A program made the translations under genes and the position numbers. A DNA stretch of 64,000 nucleotides from Chiloscyllium plagiosum (lineage: Eukaryota), in NCBI RefSeq assembly GCF_004010195.1, contig NC_057752.1, positions 10,333,737-10,397,736 on the forward strand, given 5' to 3'. The notes beneath the pieces are model-generated. The model was given only the letters and a program-made list of their open reading frames with translations, was not told the origin of the DNA and ran no database searches. This document shows, in pieces, positions 12,228-24,339 of this stretch (its first letter is position 1; each line of letters begins with the position of its first letter).

Positions 12228-13170
12228 AACCAGAACTCTTGCAGCACAGGAGGTCCTTTATTCCACTGTCCCTGCTGATTGTCAGGAGAATCATTCACCT
12301 AGTGCCCCTTCTCTCTGTAACCCTGTGTTCTTTTTTCAGATAATCCAATTCCCTTAACCTTTTTTGAGCCTGCCTCCACCTTGCATTCAGTGTCTTTCAG
12401 ACTCTAACTTATGTCGTTTCTCCTCATGTCAGCCTTTTTAAAAAGCCAATCACTTTGAATTTATGCCCTCTGGTTTTTGATCCTGTCAGTGGGAACAATT
12501 TTTCTCTAAACTCTCCAGGCCACCCATGATTTTTGAACACCAAATCCCTTTTCAACCTGTTCTTCAAGGAGAACAGTCCAGCCTCTTCAATCTGTAACTG
12601 AAGTTCCTCACCCTAGAACCATTCTCTTGAATCTTTTCTGCACCCGTTCTAATGCCTTTTTTATTCTGCGTGTGGAGCCTAAAATCTAAACACTACTTGG
12701 GTTGGGGTCAAATCCACATTCTGTACAGTCAATTCTGCTATAACACGTAGTTCTGTTCTTGTGCAATCTCATGTTAGTAGAAAATCATATAAAAGCAGCA
12801 CTTATTAAACTAATTGGGTCGTAATTGTATTATAACTGATACATACTTTAAAACTTTGCTTTAAAAAGTGTCCCCAATTCAAATGATAAAGTGAATTTTG
12901 TTAATGAAATGCACGTTATAGCAGAATGTACAAGTATTTCATCGCTTCCTTGCTCTTGCATTCCATGTCCCTGTTGATAAAACTCAGGATGCTGATGCTT
13001 TAATCCTGCTGTCAAACTATCCTGCTTTATTCTCTTTCAATCTCTCATACACCAGGTTTTCCTGCTTCTGCATCCTGTTTAGAATGACATGCTTCATTTT
13101 ATACTGTTTCGCTGTATTTCCCTGACAAATGCTCACTTCACCCATCTGTCCTCTTGAAGTTCTGCACTAT
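12228..13170 (-). mobile_element. Old CR1-like LINE 3' fragment interrupted by a MITE
   Basis: Degenerate CR1 3' motifs (gcctgcctccacc, ttatgccctctgg, ttttctgcaccc). Confidence 0.65.
12726..12934. mobile_element. Tigger/Tc1-mariner-like MITE
   Basis: Starts TA|CAG. Inverted repeat attctgctataac (12732-12744) / gttatagcagaat (12915-12927). A second copy lies near 33965-34160. Confidence 0.75.
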
Positions 13171-14711
13171 CCTCCTTGCCTTTTGGAGTACTTGCCTAAA
13201 GAATAATTTGGTTTATTTCCCTTATTAGCTGCAATACACATCTCCTAAATTCTGTTTGCTTCTCTTGCTTTTATAACTTTTTTTCTCTCTTGAAGTGTCT
13301 AAATCCAGCCTGATTCTAAGCTGTATTGTCCAGCTGACATCTGCCAAATTGTTTTTCTGCTTCATCTTCACCTCCAGCACTTCCATTATTAAGGGAGCTT
13401 TTTGTCCTTCCATCCCCTTTTTGTTCTTGTTTGAGTATGCATTGACTGTGCCATGAATTCTTGCTAAAGGTTCTATTCTAGTCTTGCCTGTCATCCTCTG
13501 ATTGTAATCAGGACAGATCCATCCTTGTCCATTTTGAAGCTTTTTCTTCACTCATTGTTATTGTGGATTGCTTCTTGTCCTATTCTACTGCATCCAAGGT
13601 TTTTTATGAGGCAATAGTCACAGTTCCCATTCTCAAACCAATCCAACAGTATTGCCTTTCTTTATGGACTGGAAACTCCCACTGTAGAAAATTTCTCTGA
13701 ACACACTTTAGGAGTTCTTCTCACTGGCCTCCACTGTTATCCCAGTATATGCTTAGATAATTAGTGAGGGGAGTGGGTTGGAGACACAAAAATGCAGTTC
13801 AGGATTCACAGGTCAGCTGTGTGGTAGAGAAGATTCAACTCCGCTGAATGGCCTGCTTCTCCTTCACTGTATGGTCTGATGTCAGTAATGAGCGCTGTAT
13901 CGCAACCCCAGCAGATGCACTGTTGGTAAATGAGTTTTTAAAAATACCTGGCCACATGGAAGCAGACGTGCAATGTAATGTGGCTTACCGCTTGCTCCTT
14001 GTTGATCCTTTTCCCTTCTCTCTCACCAGCCATCAGTGAGGGTGTGTAGCCTGGAAGTTAATATAAAAACTACTAAAATAGTTGCAAGTGATGTGAACAG
14101 GATGCAGGTTACACCAATCAGAAGATGAATGTGATGTGCTCATCAAAGTAGTTATGTATTTCGTTCAGCAGCTTGTAGGCAAAATTTAGGTATTTATCCA
14201 TGTCTTTGAACAAAAGACTTGCAAGGAAGTGCAATGGAATTGGGTTGCTTGGAACCTAATCATTTGTGCAGCAAAAGGGTTGAAGATCCATTCTTAGTGT
14301 TGCAGTAACTTCAAGATACAGATGTGATCAGTTGGTAGAAAAGTGGATGTAGGGAATGTCTAATTAGCCATGATCCTATCGACTGGCAGAGCAGACTCGA
14401 TGGCTTACTCCTGTTCTTATTTCTTATGCTTGTTTACTCGTAGTGCTGGAAACAAGTTTGCCCAGATAACCAGTCTACTGGTTAGCTGTCCAAGTTAAAA
14501 TATAACTGGAGCAAATGATTCTGGTATTTAAAGTGTTTTCAAAATGCTCAATGCACATGAAGAAATTCTCTCCTTAAACTAAAATTTGAAGTGGTGCAAC
14601 TAGCAACAGTTGAGCTTTCAATGTTTCCTCTCCCCACCAAGTGAACAAAGATCAAGAATAACTTTGTATCACAATCTAGTCAACTGCAACAAGCCCCCAC
14701 GTGCACTAATT

Positions 14712-14842
14712 GTCCTGATGAAGGGCTTTTGCCCGAAACATCGATTTTTTACTGCTCCTCGGATGCTGCCTGAACTGCTGTGCTCTTCCAGCACCACTAA
14801 TCCAGAATCTGGTTTCCAGCATCTGCAGTCATTGTTTTTACC
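14712..14842 (+). mobile_element. PLE terminal (pLTR) fragment with hammerhead core
   Basis: CTGATGA-AGGGCTTTTGCCC-GAAACATC followed by the same terminal sequence as the GIY-YIG-bearing copies. Confidence 0.85.
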
Positions 14843-15208
14843 TATTAGATTAGATTCCCTACAGTGTGAAAACAGGCCCTTTGGCCCAACCAGTCCACAC
14901 CGACCCTCTGAAGAGTAACCCGCCCAGCCCCATTTCCACTCTGACTAATGTACCTAACACTCTGGGCAACTTAGCATGGCCAATTCACCTGACCTGCACA
15001 TCTTTGGACTGTGGGATTTAGCATGGTAATTCACCTGACCTGCACATCTTTGGACTGTGGGAGGAAACCGGAGCACCCGGAGGAAACCCACGCAGACACG
15101 GGGAGAATGTGCAAACTCCACACAGACGGTGGTCCGAGGCTAGAATCAAACCTGGGACCCTGGTGCTGTGAGGCAACAGTGCTAACCACTGAGCCACCGT
15201 GCTGCCCC
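14843..15208 (-). mobile_element. Full-length HE1-type V-SINE with internal tandem duplication of about 45 nt
   Basis: Head GGGGCAGCACGGTGGCTCAGTGGTTAGCAC, tail GGGAATCTAATCTAAT. ttagcatgg..aattcacctgacctgcacatctttggactgtggg occurs twice (about 14971 and 15018). Confidence 0.92.
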
Positions 15209-17384
15209 TAGGCTAACTAGGTTCTAAAAAACTTAGGAGAGTAGGTACCAGCTCTTCAAGACCCTTGCAGGCTACACGCCCCTTCTGTCACAAACAGGCT
15301 TCCTTTATACAAAGTTTACAAAAACACTGCATGTTCTTAATTAGACAGACAACATTGAGAAGACAGTAATTCATAAGGAAGAGAAGTTAGTTGACAGGTC
15401 TGTGTGCGCTTAACTGATCACTCCTACAGGCCCTTAGCTATCCATCAGGTGGGAGAAGCAAACTCAGCTAAGTCTGGTGTCTGTTGGTGAGAAGTTCCTA
15501 TCATGAAGTATCAGTCTGAACTAACTGGGAGGTCATAAGGTAACCTTTCAGAGCTTGCATATTCAGATATCATTGTTTTACAAAATGGCTTCTTAGCGAG
15601 GAGAGCAGACTTTGACCATAAAATAGCTTTCTGACAGATTGTCAGAATCTCTTCAGTGTTAGCTTAAAAATTCTTCTAAACCTAGGAGCAGACTCATTTT
15701 TATCTTAAGAACAGAATGATTCTGTACCTGAGGCTGAAACATTACCATAGGGGGTTGTATATTAAATGATTCATCAGTCTCGAATTAAACATGCTTTTCA
15801 GGGTTGTCAGATTCTTAAGACACATGATCTGACTAGTTAGAATTCACAATGGGGCAGTAAGAACAGCAATTAAGTTAAAGCTTCATCAATATTACCTTTT
15901 ACAGAGTTTGCATATCATCAGTGATGGCTACTCCAAATCAAATCTCCAAAATGCAATTAAATTCAATCCATAGCAAGTAAGAATAAAGAGCTAACTTTCT
16001 ACTGGCTTTGGCTGTCTCAGCACTAAAATGCTCGTTCTTGCTCTCGCCAGATGTTTTAATCTTCTGCATAACCTGGGTTTCCCTCTTTTCTTTGTGGCCT
16101 GACTCCTCCCTGCCTGTCAGCTTATTTTCTACTCTGCAGCAAATGTGTTCTATAATTCAGTGTTACATTTTTAGACTGTTTTTAAGGACAAGTTTTAAGG
16201 CTATAGACTTTCTCTCACAGACACGAGTTCTTGTCTTCTCTGGAAGAGCAGTTTCTTCATGAACTATATAGTCACTTTACAGGGAGGAGCATCCCGTTAA
16301 GGCAGTATACTTGTTGATTGTAACAGTCACCCAATCAATATGTATCAATAGCTATCCCTTTACTGTGATACAATGAATGTTCTTAATCTTTGTTAACTGG
16401 ATTCATACAATGGATACTTTCCCCTTGTTAGCTGACCTTGCGTACTGAATGCTTCCAATATTGTTTAAATGGCTCTACATAATGACTGCTTTTTTCACCT
16501 TGTTGATCCATTACCCTTGCCTTCAGCACCCCATTGTTAACTAAGTTCTTATCTGATTGGAGTCCTGCTCTGTTGAACCTTTTTCACAAAACTCGGAACT
16601 TAACTCTCCCTACCTGCTTATACCCTATACACATTCTCTGGCTGACTTGGCTTATTGCTCATTTTGTTTTTTGAGGTCAGGTTTTTAAATAAAAATTAAT
16701 AATGTTAACATCTAACTGAAATGTGCTCATACAGCCTTGGCAAGAGAACTCTTGTGATCTGATCGTGCATCACTTCTTCCTGTGGTAAATTTTTATTTGC
16801 ATATTACAGTAATTGTACTGCTACTGTGAAATCCAGAATACAAGAGTATAAATGCACAAAATAAGTTTCTTAAAAATGCAACTTGTCCTTGTGTGGCATC
16901 TCTTGATTTTTAGAAATTTTCCAAGCCACTTTGCCAGAAACACAAAATGGTATGTCGAACAGAGATGACTAAATAGCTTTGTGTAGGGTCTGTTTCCAGC
17001 AACAGCATTTCTGCAAGCAGCCATTTATCGTATCTACTTTTAAACTGTTGAGACTGCTTGGGCTTGTCTATTTTTTTTTTAGTAAGTAATTAACCTTTTA
17101 ACCAAGCTTTTTTAATACTTTTAAACATAGCCCCTCCTCTACTTGGAGGGGCCATAAATGGGCCTTGTATTGGCAAATAAGCCTATTCAGGTAACTGACC
17201 TTTTACAGCAGGAAAACCATTTAGAAGCAGTCACAGCTATCTTAAAAGCTAAGTAATTATGAGTAAGGATAATTTAGGACTTGGCAAGATGGTACTAAAT
17301 TGGGAGAGGCAAATTTATGTCTGTATCAGGTAGGAGAGTTGATTGGGAGGAGCTGTTATTGGGCAAGTCTACATTTAATGAGAG

Positions 17385-17951
17385 GGTACCTGGTCAGGTC
17401 CACGCCCCCCTACGACCCACCCTCCCATCCTGGCACTTTCCCCTGCCACCGCAGGAACTGTAAAACCTGCGCCCACACCTCCTCCCTCACCTCTATCCAA
17501 GGCCCCAAAGGAGCTTTCCACATCCATCAAAGTTTTACCTGCACATCCACTAATATCATCTATTGTATCCGTTGCTCCCGATGCGGTCTCCTCTACATTG
17601 GGGAGACTGGAAACAGTTTCCTCATTTCCCGTTCCCCCACCTCATCCTAGCTTCTAACCTCCAGAAACTCGGTCCCCTGACCTGTCCGGACTTGTCCGAC
17701 CTGCCCAGCTCCTTTTCCACCTATCCACTCCACCCTCTCCTCCCTGACCTATCACGTTCATCTCCTTCCCCACTGACCTATTGTACTCTATGCTACTCTC
17801 TCCCCCCCCCCCCCCCCCCCTAGCTTATCTCTCCACGCTTCAGGCTCTCTGCCTTTATTCCTGATGAAGGGCTTTTGCCCGAAACGTCGATTTTGCCTGT
17901 CCTCGGATGCTGCCTGAATTGCTGTGCTCTTCCAGCACCACTGATCCAGAA
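17385..17951 (+). mobile_element. Internally deleted Penelope-like element (GIY-YIG N-half + pLTR with hammerhead)
   Basis: PCHRRNCKTC...NIIYCIRCSRCGLLYIGETG. 15-bp TSD tacatttaatgagag at 17370-17384 and 17952-17966. HHR core at 17861-17888. Confidence 0.92.
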
Positions 17952-18089
17952 TACATTTAATGAGAGCCTATGGTAGGTTTTAAATTCCTACTGATCAGAG
18001 TTAGGAGGTGAGGAAGGACAAGGATAGCAAGGTATGGTACCCTTTGATACTGAGGGAGGTTGTAGATTTTTTTTTTAAGTAAATGGAAG

Positions 18090-19780
18090 CACATATAAAG
18101 TTTAGGAACTAAAATTAACTAGGGCCCATGAGGAATATAATGTAGAAAGAAATTTCACAGGAAATTAGAGCAAGGAGGGGCCACGAAATATCCTCAAGTA
18201 GGATAAAGGAGAATTCCAAGGTATTCCATGCATCTTCAAAACAAGAGGATAACTAGGGAGAAGGTAGGACTAATCAAGGATAAAGGAGGGAACTTATGCC
18301 TGGAGGCAGGGGATGTGGTTGAGATTCTAAATGACACTTTACCCTTCTCCTGAGTGAATAGAGGCAGTGAGATTAGCATGCCCCCACCCTATATGTTAGG
18401 GCATTTTGAGGAAGTGGCTTTTCTACTCTGAAAGAGTATTTAAGGTCGAGAAGCCCCCACTGCCTGATGGTATCTACCCAGGTTATTGAGAGCAGCAAGA
18501 GGAGATTGCCGGGGTCTTGATCAAAATCCTTGTTAACCACTGAAGAGGACCCAGAGGACTGGCGAGTTGCTAATGTTCTTTTCAAGAAGGGAAATAGGGA
18601 TAATCCAAGAAATTGTGTAGAGTGGTGAGTCTTGTGTCAGTGCTTTTGGAGAGAATTCTTGGATAGTATTTGTGCTTTTAAAAGCACTGCCTAATGAGGG
18701 ACAGTCAGCATTACTTTGTGCAGGGTAGGTCATGTCTTTCTAACTTTAAGGTGACTTGAGGGTAGAGCAGTGGATGTTCTCTACGTGGATTTTAGTAAGG
18801 CTGTCAACAAAGTCCCTCATGGGAGGCTAATCCAGAAGATTCAGATGCATGGGATCTGTGGTGACTTGGATTCAGAATTAGCTTGCCCATAAAAGGCAAA
18901 GGGTAGTGGTGGAAGTGCTTTTGTGGCTTGAGGTCCATGACTCTTTGTATTTCCCAGGGCTGCATACTGGGAGCTCTGTTTTGAGATATAGCAACGACTT
19001 TGAAATTGTAGATGGGTGGGTTAATAAGATTTCAGACTATAAAGATTGGAGTTGTGGATAGTGTAGACAATTGTCAAAGGACACAGCAGGAGAGAGATCA
19101 GTTGTGGATATGGGTGGAGAAATGGCAGGTGGCATTTAATCTGGGTAAGTGTGAGGTGCCGCACTTTGGGAGGAATGTTCAGGAAAAGTGCATGGTTAAT
19201 GGCAGGACCCCGAACAGCACTGGACAGGGGGATCTTGGGGTTCAAGTCCATAGCTCCCTGCAAATGGCCACTGGTAGAGGGGGTGGTAAAGGAGACATAT
19301 GACATGCTTGTCTTTTTTGGTCAGAGAACTGAATACAAGAGTCGATGTCATGTTGCAGCTTTATAAAACTTTGGTTAGGCTACACTTAGAGTATAGTGTT
19401 CAGTTCTGGTTGCCACATTACAGGAAGGATGTGGAGGCTTTGGAGAGGGTGCAGAAGAGGCTTACCAGGATGCTGCCTGAATTAGAGGGTATGAGCTCTT
19501 GAGAGGCTGGGAAAACTCTGGTTGTTTTCTTTGGAGCAGTAGAAGCTGAGGGGAGACTTTAAGTCTATAAAACTGAGGTGCATAGTGTGGATGATCAGAA
19601 TCTTGCCCAACTTGAGTTGAAATGCCTAATACTAGAGGCCATACATTTTAATGGGGGAGGGGGTGTGGTGGCAGACTGGAACATATTGCTAGGGGTAGTG
19701 ATGGAGGCAGATATGATGGGGTTAGAGTACAACATCATGGGCTGAAGGACCCATTCCTGTGTTGTACTGTTCTATGTTCA
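18090..19780 (+). mobile_element. Degenerate CR1 LINE 3' half
   Basis: EKWQVAFNLGKCEV, DLGVQVH and LYKTLVRLHLEYSVQFW.PHYRKDVEALERVQKR motifs. Confidence 0.88.
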
Positions 19781-21399
19781 CTTGATTTGGCAGAAAAGAG
19801 ATACTAATCTCCTGATCAACTGAGGGAGCCACTTCACCTGGGAGCTGATTTTTGGGGTATCCCACCTGGAACTTCCCCTCATCTGGTTGTAATATGACTA
19901 ATCTGACATTTACTGTAGTTATATTTACAGGAAAACAGCCAAGACTTGGTGCTTTTCTTTAATGCACCAGCTTAGTCATTTTTAATCACTGTTTCTGAAG
20001 TCAAGTTAGACCCAATGTTTAGTAGTCAACACCATAGGTCTCTACAGTGCAGCTGGGGAAATATGTGACTCACTGACTACCTTCTGCCTCGATCCTCTCC
20101 TCTTCCTAATTTCTCCAAATGTCAAATGCTTGTTCTTGGCTTCTCTTAACCTCCCTAAGTAAGACTATCTATTTGCTGTGGCTTCTAGATTGCTGTTTTT
20201 CTCCTCCTTGAGCATGTGATGTACTTTCTGCTCACTTCCTTATTTCTCTTCTCCCACCACCTCATTCTGAATACTGCATTCCCTTTCTTGGCCCTTACGC
20301 AAACTTCGATCGTTGCTTTTTGTCTGTACTGCCTGTATCTCCAAAACCAGCTACAACTGATGCAACAGCTTCCTGTCTCTGTTGCCTCCTGATATGACTT
20401 AGGGCAACTAATCATTGTGACTTTTTCTGATTATTTTATCTTGATCACTGGAAAAGGATGCTAAGATTCCAGAAGATGGTGCAGGTTCATATACACAGGT
20501 TGGGTGCTGCCCTGAGGCCCCTCCTATGACCTATGAAGGAGGAGGCTCACTGGAGCTCATAAATGGAAACTACAGTGCACACAGACCCATATAGTGCATG
20601 TGATATACAGTTTTGGGGTGGGGGGGTCAGGAGGGTGAAATGCTGGTAAATGGGAATAGGTGTCTCTTCCTCTGTCTTCCCCCACCCCATGGAGACTCAT
20701 GGTATCCCAGCGTTAACCAGTTATTTACAATGGGTTGGCACAAGGGTCTGTTTGCCAGCCTGGCCTAACTGTTGTCTCCCCTCGCCATTGCCTCAACCTT
20801 TTGTGCAGCTACTGCTTTTGGGTCACCCCTTGTTGAATACCTTAATCTGTACAAATTTTCCATCTGCTGGTTCTCCTCTTTCACCTTGGGTTTTTTTGTA
20901 TCCTTTTTTTTTGTGTGAAGGAGAGATCTGACTGTATTGACCCTGCCTGGTTTTTGTTTTTTTTTCAATGTTTTGTTGTACTTTTGTGGATTCCAGCATT
21001 CTCTCAATTGTAGGCTGACTGACCTATGTATTCTTGCTTTCTGTTGTCTTTTTCTTTGAGTAGTGTTATCTTGAATGGGGTGATCAATATCTGAGCTGAT
21101 CAGGGCTAGCACAGATTTGTCCAGAGCAAGTAATGTTTAACAACTGAGATACAAGCATTGAGGGTAATTGACAACTTGTTAAGGTGTGGAGCCATAATGA
21201 ATGTTGGAGACTGAGTGCTTGAAGCAAAACTTTTAAATGATAAGTGATTAAACGTTCAAGTGGTCCACAAGATGGAGAAAGCTGGGCTGTGCAATGTAGT
21301 TTTGGATTGACCAAAGACCCAGTACAGGTCTGATGGGTCAACCAAATAATAACTCCAAATTCTAATAAGCAAACCAGAAGTTTAATATCCCATTGTCAG

Positions 21400-21720
21400 G
21401 TGTGGCTCAATTGGTAACATCCTAACCACTGGAGTCAGTGGGTCTAAATCCCAAGGTTCAACAGGGCCTGAGTTTATTTTATATACATCTCATTCAGATT
21501 TATTTTGTACTGCTGTACAGGAAGACAAATTGATGGCCTATTTGTCTACTTGGTAGAATATTAAAGATCCCACAGCATTTTTTTGTGGAACAATGAGTTC
21601 CCCCTGGTTGTCCTGGCAATGTTCCTCCAACAATATCACTAGGATTATCCGGCTGTAATCATACTGCTGTTGAGGGAGGAGTTGTTGGTGCATATAAATC
21701 AGCAAATGTATTCCCTACAC
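21400..21720 (+). mobile_element. Deu-domain-type SINE (degenerate)
   Basis: tRNA-like head tgtggctcaattggtaacat and Deu-like core taaagatcccacagca...gttccccctggttgtcctggcaat...gattatccgg...tgctgttg. Confidence 0.65.
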
Positions 21721-24010
21721 TCAACTAAAATGTCTTGCTATACAAAGCACGATGCAAGAGGTTTTCATCTCGGCTCCTGAGCTGCATTGTGTGGCTACTC
21801 CTGTTGATCTAGTTTTTTAATCTACTTGGAGCAGGTGAGATTTGCATTTTATATGCTTTCCTCTTTTGTAGGAGCCTTCAAGCTTTCCAACTTTGCTTAC
21901 GCTTGGCTAATAAAGTTGATAATTTAAAACAAAAACATAGCTTAACAACTTTACTCACTCACTCCTAAAATTGCATTTTTCAGTAGGCTGATAAGTGGCT
22001 GAGTAATGGACTTTGAGAACTTCCTTCTGCACTGGAAGGCAGGCAGGTGGGGGGGGGGGGGGGGGGGCAAGATATCTTATTTTTCAGGACTGGTTTGAAG
22101 TAAATGTCTACCACCTTCCATAAACTTGACTTTTTTTTAAAAATCAGAAGTCCCAGTTAACTTGGCCTTGAAGGTATTTTAGGACCATATTAATAGTGCA
22201 ACTTGTTTTCATAACCCAAGTTTGTGTTGCTGCCTTAATTGCTTTGGCACTTGAAGTATGCAGCATTAAATCGAAATCTAATTAGTCAGTAACTCCAACA
22301 TTTAAAGGGAATCCCTATCCAATACTTAAGTTTCTTTTTTGCCAACTTTCCATAACAGCTGTTTTTGAGATGCTACATTTCAGCTCATTACACATACTCC
22401 CCAACTTATGCCAGAGTTTGGAATCTTATTCTTCTCCAGTGCATGTATAACATCCTAAACCCCTGAAGTGAAATTGCAGCCATGGTGGGTTCACTACAAA
22501 GCAGAACTAAGTAATGGAAAAAGCAACTTTTTAAGTTGGATCCATAGCAACCCAGCTCGAGTCTTATGAGCTGTTTGTTTTCATCTGAAATATTTGCTAA
22601 AACACTTAATCTGAGTGAGTATAAAGTGCAATTGGGTTAACTATATTGATCTAATCCACCTAAGAAAAAATACAGATTTAACATCCTTCTTCTCCCTAAC
22701 CAGGGCATGCTGGTTGGAGGGGGCTGAATAACATTTGGGTATGTAGTCATTGCAAGACAAAGGCAAAAGTCCAGCTAATAGTGGTTTAACTGGTGTCATG
22801 AGCAGCTGTTACTTGGTATGTAGGGCTAGTCGGTCTGTTACCTTCAGCCTTTGCCCTTTTAGGCTGAACCAGTCTGATCACCTGTTTCTGCTGTGCGTCA
22901 TTGGGAGCACAACATGAGGGAGGGTGCTGCTGGGGAAGCTGCTGCTAGGAATAGGATTTCCCCTCTGTCTGGGCTGCATGGCACCCTCTAAGATGGGTGC
23001 AGGGTGAATAGAGATTGAGGAGGCCAAGGGAGAACCTTACAGATCACTGATCCTGTTGTGGCATGATAAATGACATTTGAGTAATCCATTTGGCTGAAAG
23101 TGAGTGTGCTGTGAAATTTGGCTCATTGAAGTGTGCCTTGATACTGAAAAGATTGGGAATCACTGAGCGAATGAACTTTTTTTGCATAACTGCAGTACTA
23201 TGACACATTGGAGTTGTTGACTAACCATGGGTATCTCTGCCTTGCATGTTGATAGCTAGGTGAAGGTCTGAAGTTACCAGTTCCTCCTTATATGCTACAC
23301 TTATGATCTCAAATTCCTTGTACTCCAGGTCCTTAAACTGAAACCACTGCCCACCCACTTACCATTTAAGACTCGTACACTGACAGTGTCCACTGTCAAA
23401 TTTCTAGTTTCTTGATCACACCTTTGTTGATGCTGCACTTTTATTTTGAGCAGCATTTTTGGTTTTCTCTACTCTGCATAACTGCTATCAACAAATTAAT
23501 TAATCAGTCATTAAATGTACAATTTAGTTTGCGACGACTGACTCCTCAAAGGAATTTGACAATCCAAGATTTGGAAAAATGTATTTGTGAAGTTTTAACT
23601 CTTTTAAAATTCATCAGTACCAGATGATTGATCTACATGGATTTGATGGCCTTGGACATAGGAAAGGCCATCTGAAGATGAAAGATAATTAAAAACCAGC
23701 AGATTGTACAGTGACTGCTTGTTATTTCAAGTAGAAGCCTTGCTGAGTGTCATTGAGTTCTTGCTGTGTGGTCTCTTTTTTTTTTTCTGCACTACATTTG
23801 ACCACTAAGATGGTCTGTCTTCTGGCACATTCTATCTATCGCTCTCGCCTTTTTGTTCCATGCTAGATACGATAATGGAGAAATTGTTGCAGGGTGGAGA
23901 ATTATTGAAAGCATACTTAATCATTTCACCTGCTAACAAACCTTTCTCTTTCCTGAAGTTTTCCCCCATGCGTTGAGGTGTAGGATGGCATCTATTCTGA
24001 TTTTTGCAAA

Positions 24011-24260
24011 ACAGAATCTGTACCATACAGGAGGAGGCTATTGGAATACACACCAGCTCTTCAAAGTGTATCCCACGCAGACCCAGGCTCCACCTTACCC
24101 CAGTAACCCTGCTTTTACCTTGGTTAATCCGCCTCGCCAGCACATGTTTTGGACTGAGGAAACTGAAGTATCTGGCAGAAACCTGTGCAGTCAATGCTGG
24201 CATTGAACCCAGGTCCCTAATGTTGCCTCACAGTGCTGCTAACCACTGAGCCACTGTGCT
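24011..24260 (-). mobile_element. HE1-type V-SINE (diverged)
   Basis: Head CAGCACAGTGGCTCAGTGGTTAGCAGCAC and degenerate core. Confidence 0.8.
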
Positions 24261-24339
24261 GTTATGCGTGGGATGAAAAAGCGAATGAGTTTTCTTGTTG
24301 TGCAGCAAATTCTTTTGCATAATACCATAAATAGAAACT

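Noticed and set aside
13225..13551. 108-aa Lys-rich minus-strand ORF, and similar ORFs at 20765-21112, 43139-43498 and 49192-49614
   Set aside because: Low-complexity translations of T-rich intron sequence, with no splice or homology support.
15130..15208. tRNA-like sequences here and at other SINE heads
   Set aside because: These are SINE Pol III heads attached to SINE bodies, not cloverleaf tRNA genes.
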